From Candidatus Levyibacteriota bacterium (lineage in GTDB: Bacteria; Patescibacteriota; Microgenomatia; Levybacterales; UBA12049): 64,000 nucleotides of DNA. Positions 30,168 to 40,088 of the stretch are shown here, piece after piece; positions within the stretch are counted from its first letter, which is position 1, and every line of letters begins with the position of its first letter. The notes under the pieces are model-generated. The model was not told where the DNA came from. It saw nothing but the letters and a program-made list of their open reading frames with translations, and did not search any database. Where the stretch lies: the NCBI GenBank assembly GCA_013816255.1, contig JACDET010000001.1, forward strand, positions 67,968-131,967, given 5' to 3'. The translations under genes and the position numbers were made by a program.

Positions 30168-30845
30168 TTATCCTTTTCCTTCAATAGATTTTCTTAATCT
30201 TCTAAGAGTTTTCTTTTGCTGTCTTCTAGGTAACGCGTCGATGGATCTTCTAATAATGGGATTCCAGTCTCGTGCGTATCCTTCTTTTTCTATCCAATGC
30301 CCTATAATTGCTGAAACATCAGCTTTATCTCTTTCTCTTGGAGCTCTGCCCCAAGCATCTGAAGATTTTTGAGTCAAAATAATTCCAGGATGTACAACTT
30401 CAACCATAGGAGCTCTTCGCCCCTTTCTTGTTGCTATACTTCTTGCAGTATCTTCAAGAAACTCTGGATCAAACTGCATATCTGCCCAGTATTGGCCAGG
30501 TGTAACATTATCAGTTCCATACATTTCCCAATAACGCCCTTTATTTGCAGGGTCCATAATGACTAAATCTATATCATGATGAGGACGCACAAAACCAGTA
30601 GTAAGTTCGACAGCCAATCCAGAAGTTAATAAATACCGTAAATTTCCTGCCTTATCTCTCTGAGGTTCTGCATCAAGAATCATTTCGAGCTGACGTAATC
30701 TACCATCGCCACTAGGTGGTTCTCCAGGGTCCCCGACTGGAATTGCAAGAACTTGTGCAATAACGTCTCTTACACCATCTAATTCTGGTCCACGCTCAAC
30801 TCGATCCTGCTGTCTGTCAGGTTCTCCAAATCCCATTCTTTCCAT
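30168..30845 (-). CDS. Nucleotidyltransferase-fold protein (ANT(2'')/Lnu-like motif)
   Basis: LTSGLAVEL..G..RPHHDIDLVI; C-terminal RERDKAD. Confidence 0.6.
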   Translation of the reverse strand: MERMGFGEPDRQQDRVERGPELDGVRDVIAQVLAIPVGDPGEPPSGDGRLRQLEMILDAEPQRDKAGNLRYLLTSGLAVELTTGFVRPHHDIDLVIMDPANKGRYWEMYGTDNVTPGQYWADMQFDPEFLEDTARSIATRKGRRAPMVEVVHPGIILTQKSSDAWGRAPRERDKADVSAIIGHWIEKEGYARDWNPIIRRSIDALPRRQQKKTLRRLRKSIEGKG

Positions 30846-30945
30846 AAGTAACGAATTATATCAATATTGTACTTGAAATACAATACTATAGGTAATAAAT
30901 CATGTGTTGACATCTCTTCAAAATGTATCTATATTGTATATACAT

Positions 30946-31209
30946 ATGAGCACATACACTGCAACCGTTATCAAAACAGGCAATTCAGTCGCGCTTCGCG
31001 TACCAAAGCAATATGTTCTGGATGCAAAGCTTGTTCCTGGTGAAAAGGTCAATCTCAATTTGCCGACCAAACAAAAGCAGCAGGATCATGACAAAATTAT
31101 ACGACTTATCGCAGCATTGCAGAAACTGTCTGCCTATAGCACTATAAAAGATCCTCTTAAGTGGCAACGGGAAATCCGTCAAGACCGCCCTCTTCCCGAA
31201 AGAAAGTAA
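30946..31209 (+). CDS. AbrB/MazE-type antitoxin (VapB-like)
   Basis: VIKTGNSVALRVPK; DPLKWQREIR.DR tail; directly upstream of a PIN gene. Confidence 0.85.
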   Translation: MSTYTATVIKTGNSVALRVPKQYVLDAKLVPGEKVNLNLPTKQKQQDHDKIIRLIAALQKLSAYSTIKDPLKWQREIRQDRPLPERK

Positions 31210-31212
31210 ATT

Positions 31213-31572
31213 ATGATTGTACTTGATACCAATATCTTTATTTACCTCGCCAATGGAACATTGAAAACAGAGACACTCAATGAGAACGATATAGCATACG
31301 CAAGTATTACGAAAATAGAAGCCTTAGGATATACTAAAATTATCGGAGCAGAGCAGAGTTATTTAGAAACTTTGTTGGATGCATGCGAGCAGATTGAACT
31401 TAATGAAACTGTTATAAAGCAAGCAATTCGGTTACGGCAACAATCAAAATTATCTTTAGGTGATGCTATTATGGCAGCTTCAGCGCTTGCTCACGACTAT
31501 GAACTTTGGACAGCTAATATTGAAGACTTTAAGCATATAGAAGATCTCCGCCTTCACAATCCTTTACACTAG
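31213..31572 (+). CDS. vapC: PIN-domain toxin VapC
   Basis: VLDTNIFIY, ITKIE, LGDAIMAASAL, TAN.EDF. Confidence 0.92.
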   Translation: MIVLDTNIFIYLANGTLKTETLNENDIAYASITKIEALGYTKIIGAEQSYLETLLDACEQIELNETVIKQAIRLRQQSKLSLGDAIMAASALAHDYELWTANIEDFKHIEDLRLHNPLH

Positions 31573-31645
31573 ACATGATGCAGGCTTGCACCAATTCGTG
31601 CTTACCTACCTTGACAAATTTCCCACAATTGCAGATGATTAACTC

Positions 31646-32875
31646 ATGCCCATGTTGTATTTCACGTTAGCCCTATCAATTCTTTTTGTTATCATCACTG
31701 TAATAATCATAAACAAAAGCTATATTGACGGCGTAAAAAAAGCGCAACAAACTATCATAGAATCTCTCACAAACGGCATCATCGGAGTGGATGCACATCA
31801 GACCATTATTATGGTAAATACAGCCTTTGAGAAATTACTCGGTATTTCACGTGATAAGATACTTGGTCAGCCAGTAGATGCCATTTTAAAGCTTTATGGA
31901 GGAACAACAGTTGTGCCTTACGAGGTGTATAGCCAACCGAATGAGACAAATACGAGAAACGGTTTAAAACTCCGCAATGAACAAGGAGAAACGCCTCTCT
32001 CCTTAACACTCGCACCATACACGTTTGCCAATCAAGACAAAGGAATGCTTGTGACAACACATAATCTCTCCTTAGAGCACCAGCTTGAAGAAATGAAAGT
32101 TGATTTTGTCTCAATGGCTGCTCATGAATTACGGACTCCCCTCACCGCGATACGTGGCTATGCATCTCTTTTACAAATGCATTATTCTCTCCATCTTGAT
32201 GATGCGGCGAAAGAACTATTGACCCGTTTGCTCGTCAGTACTGCTAATTTAGCGAACCTCATTGATAACTTATTGAGTGTTTCAAGAATTGAACGCAACA
32301 ATATGATTATTGATACCAAACCAATTGATTTATCAATTATAGTCAAAGATATCTTTGAAAGCTTTAAGTCACAAGCGCAAACCCGCAAACAAACCTTTAC
32401 CCTCTCAATGCCTGAACATCTTCCAATGGTTATGGCAGATCCGTTCAGAGTTGGTCAAGTTTTTGTTAATCTTATCAGCAACGCAATCAACTACACACAA
32501 GAAGGTGGATCGATCTCGATTACAATCCAAGATAGAAATGGTTACTTAGAAGTTGCAGTGCAGGATAACGGCGAAGGTATTCCCCCTGAAGCTGTTCCAC
32601 GGCTCTTTACAAAATTTTTCAGGGTTTCAGGTTCACTTGAACAAGGATCAAAAGGGACTGGGCTTGGATTATATATCACAAAATCCATTATCGAGATGCA
32701 TAAAGGCAAAATATGGGCTGAGAGTACACTGAACAAGGGATCCATTTTTACATTTACATTACCTACTGCAAGCCAAGATGAAATTACGAAGCAAAAGGAG
32801 CATCCATCAAGTACTTTCTTGACAGTAAAAAATGGACAAGGTATTATTGTTAGGAAAAGCACTGCTACGAACTAA
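31646..32875 (+). CDS. Membrane-anchored PAS histidine kinase (WalK/PhoR-like)
   Basis: One TM, PAS, AHELRTPL, NAINYT, DNGEG, GTGLGL. Confidence 0.92.
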   Translation: MPMLYFTLALSILFVIITVIIINKSYIDGVKKAQQTIIESLTNGIIGVDAHQTIIMVNTAFEKLLGISRDKILGQPVDAILKLYGGTTVVPYEVYSQPNETNTRNGLKLRNEQGETPLSLTLAPYTFANQDKGMLVTTHNLSLEHQLEEMKVDFVSMAAHELRTPLTAIRGYASLLQMHYSLHLDDAAKELLTRLLVSTANLANLIDNLLSVSRIERNNMIIDTKPIDLSIIVKDIFESFKSQAQTRKQTFTLSMPEHLPMVMADPFRVGQVFVNLISNAINYTQEGGSISITIQDRNGYLEVAVQDNGEGIPPEAVPRLFTKFFRVSGSLEQGSKGTGLGLYITKSIIEMHKGKIWAESTLNKGSIFTFTLPTASQDEITKQKEHPSSTFLTVKNGQGIIVRKSTATN

Positions 32876-32893
32876 TCTATTCGTATACAAATT

Positions 32894-33286
32894 ATGAGAA
32901 AAATATTAATTGCTGAAGACGATTTTTTTATCCGGGACATTTATAGTAAAGTGTTTGCACTATCCGGTTACGAAGTAGCAGTTGCTGTCGATGGGATGGA
33001 CGCGCTTGAGAAAATCAAAGCACAAACATATGACATGGTTCTTCTGGATATTATGATGCCACGAATGACTGGCATTGATGTTCTCAAAAATATTAGATCT
33101 GCTGAAGAACCAATAAAAAGTATTCCAATTTTTATCATTACGAACTTAGGACAACAGAATGTTATTGAAGAAGCTTTTAGACTTGGAATGGATGGATATA
33201 TTTTGAAATCACAAGTAACACCGCAGCAGATTGTTGATGAAATAAATAACTTCTTTCTCACAAAAGAAGCATTACCACAAACCTAG
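32894..33286 (+). CDS. Stand-alone response regulator receiver
   Basis: IAEDD, LLDIMMP, ITN, YILKS. Confidence 0.9.
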   Translation: MRKILIAEDDFFIRDIYSKVFALSGYEVAVAVDGMDALEKIKAQTYDMVLLDIMMPRMTGIDVLKNIRSAEEPIKSIPIFIITNLGQQNVIEEAFRLGMDGYILKSQVTPQQIVDEINNFFLTKEALPQT

Positions 33287-33359
33287 GCTATTCTTCCACA
33301 GTAGGCAAGCAAATCTAAAGTTTATATTGACATTGAGACTCATCTAAGCCATTATTAAT

Positions 33360-34364
33360 ATGCGGGACTTATCTATCATGAATAATCTCTTTTCTTCACC
33401 TAAATTTATCATTGCTGCTATCGCAATATTAGCCTTAGTAGTTATACCACTTACCATTGTGCAAGTACAAAATCAGCAAAACCTTCGTCAAGAAGCTGAT
33501 GAAATTACCTGGGCAACAGATCAATCAGCTTCAGCAAGCTGTCCAACTGAAGGATCAGGAGTAGAAATTAAGGCAAGATTTTCAAATACAGAACCACGTG
33601 AAAGCTCTACTGATATGACAGTCACCGTTAAAGACCAACAAACAGGCAAATCAGTTGTCATGGGTGTCGTAAAAGGTGGAGAAACAAAAACCTCGACAAT
33701 TCAGACAGAAAGAGATACATTAAATGCAGGCTCTGTAACATTCTCACTTAAATGGACGGACGGACGCTCCGGTGTTGACAGTAGGACAGCAAGCTATGAA
33801 GCAGTTGCAAATTGTAATACTTCAAATCCTGATCCAATTGTAAATGAACCGGTTTGTCCAGATGGAACACAAGAAATAACGAATCTCGAAGGAGGCCCTC
33901 TTTTCGCAAACGGTCAAGGTGATGCAAGCAAGACGCACAAGTTTAATCTACCAACTTCTGCCAAACTTACATTTGCAGGTTTTCTCAAAGAAGGACATCC
34001 TGAAAGTTGTCCAAACGGTGATAACTGTAATCAAGGACAGCTTTATGAAGAAATTAAAGTATCAGTTAACGGTGAAAAAATTGGAGAAAGCACAGATAAA
34101 GGCGGTCCGATAGACGCTTGGGTAGCTATTGGTCCTTGGCTTACAAGCGGTGAGGTCAATTCCGGAGAAGTAACCGTTCTTGTTGAGCATCGTAAAAGAA
34201 GCACACAAGGTCCAGAATCAGTTGATTACAAACTTGCTGTCTGTACACAAAAGTCCACGCCAACACCAACGCCGACAACACCTCCAGGAGAACCAACTCC
34301 TACTATTTGCCCCACATTGGGTCCTGTGAAGAATGTGATAATTGAGTGCCCTAATTGTCCTTAG
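33360..34364 (+). CDS. Exported Cys-containing surface protein with PT linker
   Basis: N-terminal TM + QQNLRQEA; Ig-like domain shared with the next gene; C-terminal CPNCP. Confidence 0.8.
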   Translation: MRDLSIMNNLFSSPKFIIAAIAILALVVIPLTIVQVQNQQNLRQEADEITWATDQSASASCPTEGSGVEIKARFSNTEPRESSTDMTVTVKDQQTGKSVVMGVVKGGETKTSTIQTERDTLNAGSVTFSLKWTDGRSGVDSRTASYEAVANCNTSNPDPIVNEPVCPDGTQEITNLEGGPLFANGQGDASKTHKFNLPTSAKLTFAGFLKEGHPESCPNGDNCNQGQLYEEIKVSVNGEKIGESTDKGGPIDAWVAIGPWLTSGEVNSGEVTVLVEHRKRSTQGPESVDYKLAVCTQKSTPTPTPTTPPGEPTPTICPTLGPVKNVIIECPNCP

Positions 34365-35794
34365 AATGTGTGAATACCGTGAATGTACCTAAACCAACTC
34401 AAAAAATTCCTTTTATAATCCTTCTCGGGGTTTTACTGGTTGGTATTCCTCTTACCGTACTTGCGCTCCAATCCCAACAAATCTTCCAACAATTTGCGTG
34501 GTCGACAACACAATCAGCAAAAACAGTCTGTCCAGTTGATGGAAGTGGGGCGATTGTTGAAGTAAGTTTCACCAACACTGAATCTTCAAAATCTATGGAT
34601 GTCGTCGCGAAAGATATCCAATCAGGAAAATTTATAGATCTTGGAACGGTCAAACCGAAAGAAACTAAAGAAGGACAAATTAATACTGAATCAACTACGC
34701 TTGAAGAAGGATCAGTCCAATTCAATCTCAAATGGACGGATGGCTCGTCAGGAATTGATACAAGATTAGCCTCTTATGAAAAACTTGAAGAATGTGACAC
34801 ACCACCTCCTTTTTGCCCTACAAATCCAGGATCCAACGAAGGTGTCTGTAAATGGGACGCATTGGAAGGTGCTGAAGGATATGAAGTTGTCGTAAAAGAC
34901 ACTGAAAATGGTAAAACTATTAAAGCTGAATCGCTACCAAAAACAGCAGAACAAAGTACTTTCCCAATGGTTCCTGGAAAATCATATTCTTGTGAAGTTA
35001 ATCCGATTAATGCATGCGGAAAAGGAGAAATAGCAAAGAGTCCAGATAAAGTATGTACAATACCCACACCAAGTGTCACACCTACACCACAAGTTTGCCC
35101 TGTACCGCCAAACAAACTTGGTGTTTGTAAATGGGATCCTTTGGAGGGTGCGGGCGAATACAAAATTGTAGTCAAAGATAGTAAATCAGGTGAAACTGTC
35201 AAATCTGGTACTGTCAAATCACCAGATAATAAGTTCGACTTCCCGGCAGATCCAGTAAAGACATATCAATGTCTTGTGACAGCTGTCAACAAATGTGGTG
35301 AAGCACCGCCAGCTGAAAGTCCTCCAATAAGTTGCACATTGCCAACACCGACACCAACGACTCCGTTGCCAACACCGACCCCTACAACGCCACCTGCAAC
35401 CCCAACGCCGACACAACCTGCGCCTTCGCCGACACCAACAGCTCTGCCACCTACTGCGACACCTCCACCGTTGCCAACTCCAACACCGATAGTAATCGTG
35501 CGTATTCCGCCAAATGTCCTTCCGCCACAAACACAACCACCAGTTGTCATACAGCAGCCACCAGTTGTCGTACAACAGCCACCACAACAAGTGATCGTTC
35601 AACAACAACCACCTGCTATTGGAGCACCGCAACAACCTGTACAACAAGTTATTCCTAACCCGACAGTAGCACCAGGACAACCATCACCTGCACCAACAAT
35701 GAAACCAACAGGCAACTTTTCAAACTCAATAGTATTAGCTGGAGCAACAACGATACTTCTCTTAGTAGGATCATTCGTCTTCTTCCTCCTCTAG
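34355..35794 (+). CDS. Surface protein: shared Ig-like domain, two Cys-rich FN3-like repeats, Pro/Thr/Gln stalk, MKPTG + C-terminal TM
   Basis: Repeats GVCKWD.LEGA..Y..VVKD...Y.C.V...N.CG; start codon uncertain. Confidence 0.8.
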   Translation: MSLECVNTVNVPKPTQKIPFIILLGVLLVGIPLTVLALQSQQIFQQFAWSTTQSAKTVCPVDGSGAIVEVSFTNTESSKSMDVVAKDIQSGKFIDLGTVKPKETKEGQINTESTTLEEGSVQFNLKWTDGSSGIDTRLASYEKLEECDTPPPFCPTNPGSNEGVCKWDALEGAEGYEVVVKDTENGKTIKAESLPKTAEQSTFPMVPGKSYSCEVNPINACGKGEIAKSPDKVCTIPTPSVTPTPQVCPVPPNKLGVCKWDPLEGAGEYKIVVKDSKSGETVKSGTVKSPDNKFDFPADPVKTYQCLVTAVNKCGEAPPAESPPISCTLPTPTPTTPLPTPTPTTPPATPTPTQPAPSPTPTALPPTATPPPLPTPTPIVIVRIPPNVLPPQTQPPVVIQQPPVVVQQPPQQVIVQQQPPAIGAPQQPVQQVIPNPTVAPGQPSPAPTMKPTGNFSNSIVLAGATTILLLVGSFVFFLL

Positions 35795-35884
35795 TGCATC
35801 CCAACAAAATCGCTATGTATGTAAAAGCAAAGATATGGAGGAGCATTTGACAGATAGAACAATATTGGCTTATACTTTTAGTTA

Positions 35885-36337
35885 ATGAATTTAGGTAACC
35901 TCTTTAAAAAGTCTGGTACAGAACCAAAATCCATCAAACCGCAGAAGACGAAGATATTTATTGCTGAAGACGATGAATACTTGCGTGACTTTTATAAAGA
36001 ATTATTGGTAGGAGAAGGATATGAAGTAATCACTGCGGTAAATGGACAAGAGGCCTTACGTTCTATTCTACAAACGCAACCAAAAGTCATTTTATTAGAT
36101 GTAATGATGCCAGTTATGGATGGTTTACAGGTACTGGAAGAACTAAAAAAGAATGAGCAAACGAAGAATATCCCAGTCATCGTACTGACAAATGCCGGTA
36201 CTATAGGAAATATGGAAACAGCTAAATATCATAAATCATTTAGATTTCTTATCAAATCAAATATCGTACCTGAAGAATTAATAAAGTCGGTAAAAGATGC
36301 TGTAGACAGTTACACTTCCCATAACGTGATTCTCTAA
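35885..36337 (+). CDS. Stand-alone response regulator receiver
   Basis: IAEDD, LLDVMMP, LTN, FLIKS. Confidence 0.9.
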   Translation: MNLGNLFKKSGTEPKSIKPQKTKIFIAEDDEYLRDFYKELLVGEGYEVITAVNGQEALRSILQTQPKVILLDVMMPVMDGLQVLEELKKNEQTKNIPVIVLTNAGTIGNMETAKYHKSFRFLIKSNIVPEELIKSVKDAVDSYTSHNVIL

Positions 36338-36343
36338 CAAAAG

Positions 36344-36934
36344 CTATATGGTTCGAAATTGAACATCTGAGGGTACTTCAAACTTCGAGAGATCAGGTAC
36401 CCATGATTTACAATCAAAGATCATTTCTTGACTGATTTGTTCTGCTTGTTGTTTTTGCTCCGGATTCATTGCATTATCAGTTTCTTCCAATAAAGATTGT
36501 GCAAATGTAAATCCAACATTATTTCCACTAGGTTCTACCCATGTGTATGCTACTTCATCTTTATAAATAGTATTTGCTTCCATGGCTACGCCATTAACAG
36601 ATCCTGTACCCGAACTCCGACCTTGATTTCCCATAGTCCATAGCTTTCCAGCACGTGCTTGGCTAGTCGAATCTTCGACTTGCAATCTCCAATCACATTC
36701 TAATGCGTCACCACGGGCAACAAGCCTTGGAAGCGAAGAGCGGAATTCTCCTGTTGATGAAGTTACCAATGTATCCTCACCGGCTACCTCTTGCGTATTC
36801 GTTGGATTACTTACTATAGAAGCAGCAGATTCTATTTTTAGATAGTAGATACCGCCACCAATGATTGCAAGCATTGCAATTACAATAAGAAAAGATATCG
36901 CTGAAAATCCTTTTATCATCTGATCCTTAGTCAT
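36344..36934 (-). CDS. Exported protein with a pilin-like N-terminus
   Basis: KGF followed by a hydrophobic helix (no E5); Cys pair; C..W.PD.S.F.VP terminus. Confidence 0.6.
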   Translation of the reverse strand: MTKDQMIKGFSAISFLIVIAMLAIIGGGIYYLKIESAASIVSNPTNTQEVAGEDTLVTSSTGEFRSSLPRLVARGDALECDWRLQVEDSTSQARAGKLWTMGNQGRSSGTGSVNGVAMEANTIYKDEVAYTWVEPSGNNVGFTFAQSLLEETDNAMNPEQKQQAEQISQEMIFDCKSWVPDLSKFEVPSDVQFRTI

Positions 36935-36978
36935 ACTTTAAATAGTAGCATACTGATAGAAGCCTAACAAATAACATT

Positions 36979-38496
36979 TTATTTCTCTTTATTATGAATC
37001 ATTGTAAAAGAAATTACTGCACCTAATAGCGCTAAGGCCGCACTGATTCCCATAACTATTTTGAAAGCATAGAGAAACGCATTATCAATTGTTTCTTTTG
37101 CGATGTGTTGCGATGAGGTATCAAACGCTGTTGGAATTTGTATTCCACCTAACTTATCTTTTTGCTCAATAATTTGCTGCTTTTGGGAGGTTGTGAGATT
37201 TGTATGGGTTATATTTTCCTTTAATTCAGCACTAAACGTGGTTACCATGACTGCGCCAAGTAAGGCAATTGCCAAAAGTGAAGCAACTCTGGAAACAGCA
37301 TTATTGACACCCGATGCTGCACCTGAATATTTTGTATCAACGGCCAAAGATGACTTCGTGAGTGGCGCTATGACAAGTGACATTCCCAAACCAAATAATA
37401 GTAAACCTGGTAATACATCTGTAAAATAATTAGTATTAGTGCCCATAAAGAACAACCATACGATTCCAAGACTTACGAGTAACGGACCGATAATCATTGG
37501 CTTTCTTGGCCCGATTCTATCACTCAAAGACCCTGCGGGGCCAGATAAAAACGTGATGAGAAGTATTGTCGGCAACATACTCAACCCTGCGGCGATTGGA
37601 GAATAATGCTGCAGTTGCTGTAAATTAAGAATGAGAAAAAAGATAATACCATTGAGTGCAAAATAAAGAAAAAGCGTTACCAAATTTGCACCGAGGACCA
37701 ATGGCGATTTAAAAATATGAAGTGGGACCAATGGTTCTTTAATCTTTTTTTCTATTGCGTAAAATATAATAAAAGACACCATACCAATGAGGAAACTTCC
37801 GACAACCCATCCTTCGGTAAGTCCCCGTGTCGGTGCTTCGATTAATGCATAGGAGATACCCAAAAGTCCTGTGAGGAGTAAAAAAGTCCCGATAAGATCA
37901 AGTTTTTTGGCATCGATATTCTTTGATTCAGGTACGTACTTTATTGTCAAAAAAAGTGCCATAAGTCCGATTGGAATATTTATATAAAAGATTGACGGCC
38001 AACCAAATGTTTGCACCAGCCAACCACCGAGAAAGGGTCCAAGTGCCGCAACACCACCAGCAAAGCCAGACCATAAGCCAATCGCTTTCCCTTGCTCCTT
38101 TTTATCAAAAGACGTATTAATGATACTCAAACTTCCCGGTATCATCATAGCAGCACCAATTCCTTGTATTGTCCTAAAAACTATTAACTGGTCAATTGTT
38201 TGCGACAAACTACAAAGTAATGAGGCAATAATAAAAAGTCCAATTCCATAAATAAATATTCTCCTTCTTCCAAACCGATCTCCAAATGAACCGCTGATTA
38301 AAATGAGAGATGCAAGTATCAAGGCATAACTATTGATAATCCATTGCATATTCCCCAGAGTTGCATTAAATGAGGTTTGGACTTCCGGGACCGCAATATT
38401 GACTACAGTCCCATCGAGAAAAGCCATACCGCTGGCGAGAATTGTCGCTGCGAGAATGAGCTTTCCTTCCAATGATTTTGTCGTATAATTACTCAT
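36979..38496 (-). CDS. MFS DHA2 (14-TM) efflux transporter
   Basis: LDGTVVNIA, GDRFGRRR, GPFLGGWL, W..IFYINIPIG. Confidence 0.92.
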   Translation of the reverse strand: MSNYTTKSLEGKLILAATILASGMAFLDGTVVNIAVPEVQTSFNATLGNMQWIINSYALILASLILISGSFGDRFGRRRIFIYGIGLFIIASLLCSLSQTIDQLIVFRTIQGIGAAMMIPGSLSIINTSFDKKEQGKAIGLWSGFAGGVAALGPFLGGWLVQTFGWPSIFYINIPIGLMALFLTIKYVPESKNIDAKKLDLIGTFLLLTGLLGISYALIEAPTRGLTEGWVVGSFLIGMVSFIIFYAIEKKIKEPLVPLHIFKSPLVLGANLVTLFLYFALNGIIFFLILNLQQLQHYSPIAAGLSMLPTILLITFLSGPAGSLSDRIGPRKPMIIGPLLVSLGIVWLFFMGTNTNYFTDVLPGLLLFGLGMSLVIAPLTKSSLAVDTKYSGAASGVNNAVSRVASLLAIALLGAVMVTTFSAELKENITHTNLTTSQKQQIIEQKDKLGGIQIPTAFDTSSQHIAKETIDNAFLYAFKIVMGISAALALLGAVISFTMIHNKEK

Positions 38497-38597
38497 CTAT
38501 TTATCTGCTTATGATTTCATGGGAGAATGTCCATGTCAATACTTTCTTATTTGATAGTAGGTCAAGAAAAGCATTGAAATGATATACTACATTGTAT

Positions 38598-38972
38598 ATG
38601 AAACCATTATATACATTGACTGGCACAGTAAAAATAGGAGCAAAGCGCGGAAAAGAGTTCGGATATCCAACTGCGAATGTAAGTTTGGAATCACACATTC
38701 CGGCAGGGGTTTACGCTGCTCAGGTTTCTATTGATAGCACAATATACAATGCAGCAACATTTATCGGTGCTGCTGTGACATTTGGAGATAAAGAATATAA
38801 ATCAGAAAGTTATATTCTTGATTTTGAACAAGATATTTATGGCACAGAGATCGTTATAAACTTGTATAAAAAGCTACGAGATAATGCAAACTTTGCAAAT
38901 GAGCATGACTTGATTGAGCAAATGGGGAAAGACGTTCTAATGACGCGCAGCTTTTTCGACAATGTCAGTTGA
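38598..38972 (+). CDS. Stand-alone riboflavin kinase (RibF C-terminal domain only)
   Basis: RGKEFGYPTANV, GVYAA, ESYILDF..DIYG, LR. Confidence 0.88.
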   Translation: MKPLYTLTGTVKIGAKRGKEFGYPTANVSLESHIPAGVYAAQVSIDSTIYNAATFIGAAVTFGDKEYKSESYILDFEQDIYGTEIVINLYKKLRDNANFANEHDLIEQMGKDVLMTRSFFDNVS

Positions 38973-39878
38973 TTTTCCCTGAAGCGGCTTGGTGATATTA
39001 TATATCGCAATCAAAAGTAGAATAACTCCGAAGATTTGTGTAGGACTCAGTACTTTTTGAAAAACGAAATAATCAATCAGTATTGCAGACGCAGGCCAGA
39101 CTAATTCACAAAGCGTTGTAATTCGGGCAGGTGTTCTCTTCAAGCCATAATAATAAAATCCCAAAGCAACCATACCTGTTGAAAGAGTAATAATAAGAAG
39201 TGTCTGCCATTGTGCTGCACCGATGGATGACAACGCCTGCGTTTGATTGCTTCCAATTATAATCAACAGAGCAAACATTGGTGCAAAGATAAAACGGAGC
39301 GCTGTTGCCGCAAGAAATGAAACTTTATTCAGAACGTATTTACTTATCGCAGTGGAAGACCCCCACAAAAGTCCTGCTGAAAGGGCAAGAAAACCAGCAA
39401 TTGCGGTTTCTCGGCCTGTGTTAAGATTGACAACGAGATCTTTGAATGAGATAAAGTACGCAGCAATCAATGCTACGGCTGCCCAAAGCAAGAACTTCTT
39501 TGTCACCCGTTCTTTGAGCAGTATCGCTGCAGTCGCGATTGCCCAAATCGGTTGGAGTTGCTGTTGCAAGAGTACGACAACTGAATACTGTGTATATTCA
39601 ATCTTTGCAAGTGCTGCAGTATACAACATCGTTCCTAAAGCGCCTGAAAATAGCGCAACAGCAAGGATGGCAAACCATTCTTTCCGTGATAACTTCTTCA
39701 GTTCCTTTATCCAAAGGGGTGACAAAAGTACTAATATAAAAGCTCCAATGAGGTGTTCATAAAAAACGATGACAGCAGGAGGAAGAGAATATAAATTAAT
39801 TCTCAAGAGTCCGTCAAAACTCCAAAGTAATGCCGCAATAATAACAAACAGCGGACCAAAGGCTGTAATTTTTTTCAT
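38937..39878 (-). CDS. EamA/DMT transporter, probable riboflavin importer (ImpX/RibN-like)
   Basis: 10-TM EamA duplication; directly downstream of an FMN riboswitch. Confidence 0.8.
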   Translation of the reverse strand: MKKITAFGPLFVIIAALLWSFDGLLRINLYSLPPAVIVFYEHLIGAFILVLLSPLWIKELKKLSRKEWFAILAVALFSGALGTMLYTAALAKIEYTQYSVVVLLQQQLQPIWAIATAAILLKERVTKKFLLWAAVALIAAYFISFKDLVVNLNTGRETAIAGFLALSAGLLWGSSTAISKYVLNKVSFLAATALRFIFAPMFALLIIIGSNQTQALSSIGAAQWQTLLIITLSTGMVALGFYYYGLKRTPARITTLCELVWPASAILIDYFVFQKVLSPTQIFGVILLLIAIYNITKPLQGKSTDIVEKAARH

Positions 39879-39880
39879 AA

Positions 39881-40031
39881 ATTCTCTCTTTCATCCCGAC
39901 TGTACGGTCGCTGTCTGAGTTACACAGACTCGTGTCCTGAGTTTATCGAAGGACTCGTGGAGTTCAGCACGTTCAAGCATATGAATGTACTATCACCACC
40001 GATATTGATTTACACAAAACCCCGAAAGAAT
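39881..40031 (-). ncRNA. FMN (RFN) riboswitch, divergent
   Basis: P1 AUUCUUUC/GAGAGAAU, GGGG, P2 with T-loop, CGGUGG..CCACGA, P4, P5 GUCUG-UGUAACU-CAGAC, GACCGU-ACAGUCGGGAUG; P1 3' strand ends 2 nt before AUG. Confidence 0.88.
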
Positions 40032-40037
40032 ATCTTA

Positions 40038-40066
40038 ACTATACTGGGAGAAGAAGAAGATGTCAA
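40038..40066 (-). promoter_or_regulatory. Sigma70 promoter of the riboswitch/transporter
   Basis: TTGACA-N17-TATAGT; predicted TSS coincides with the P1 5' end. Confidence 0.85.
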
Positions 40067-40088
40067 CGGTTCAGTTTGAAATTTATTT

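Noticed and set aside
35340-35700. Repetitive ACACC/CAAC tracts as a CRISPR array or VNTR
   Set aside because: These are codons of a Pro/Thr/Gln stalk; there is no repeat-spacer structure and no cas gene.
36344-36934. Type IV major pilin
   Set aside because: Has KGF plus a hydrophobic helix but lacks E5 and pil gene context; kept only as pilin-like.
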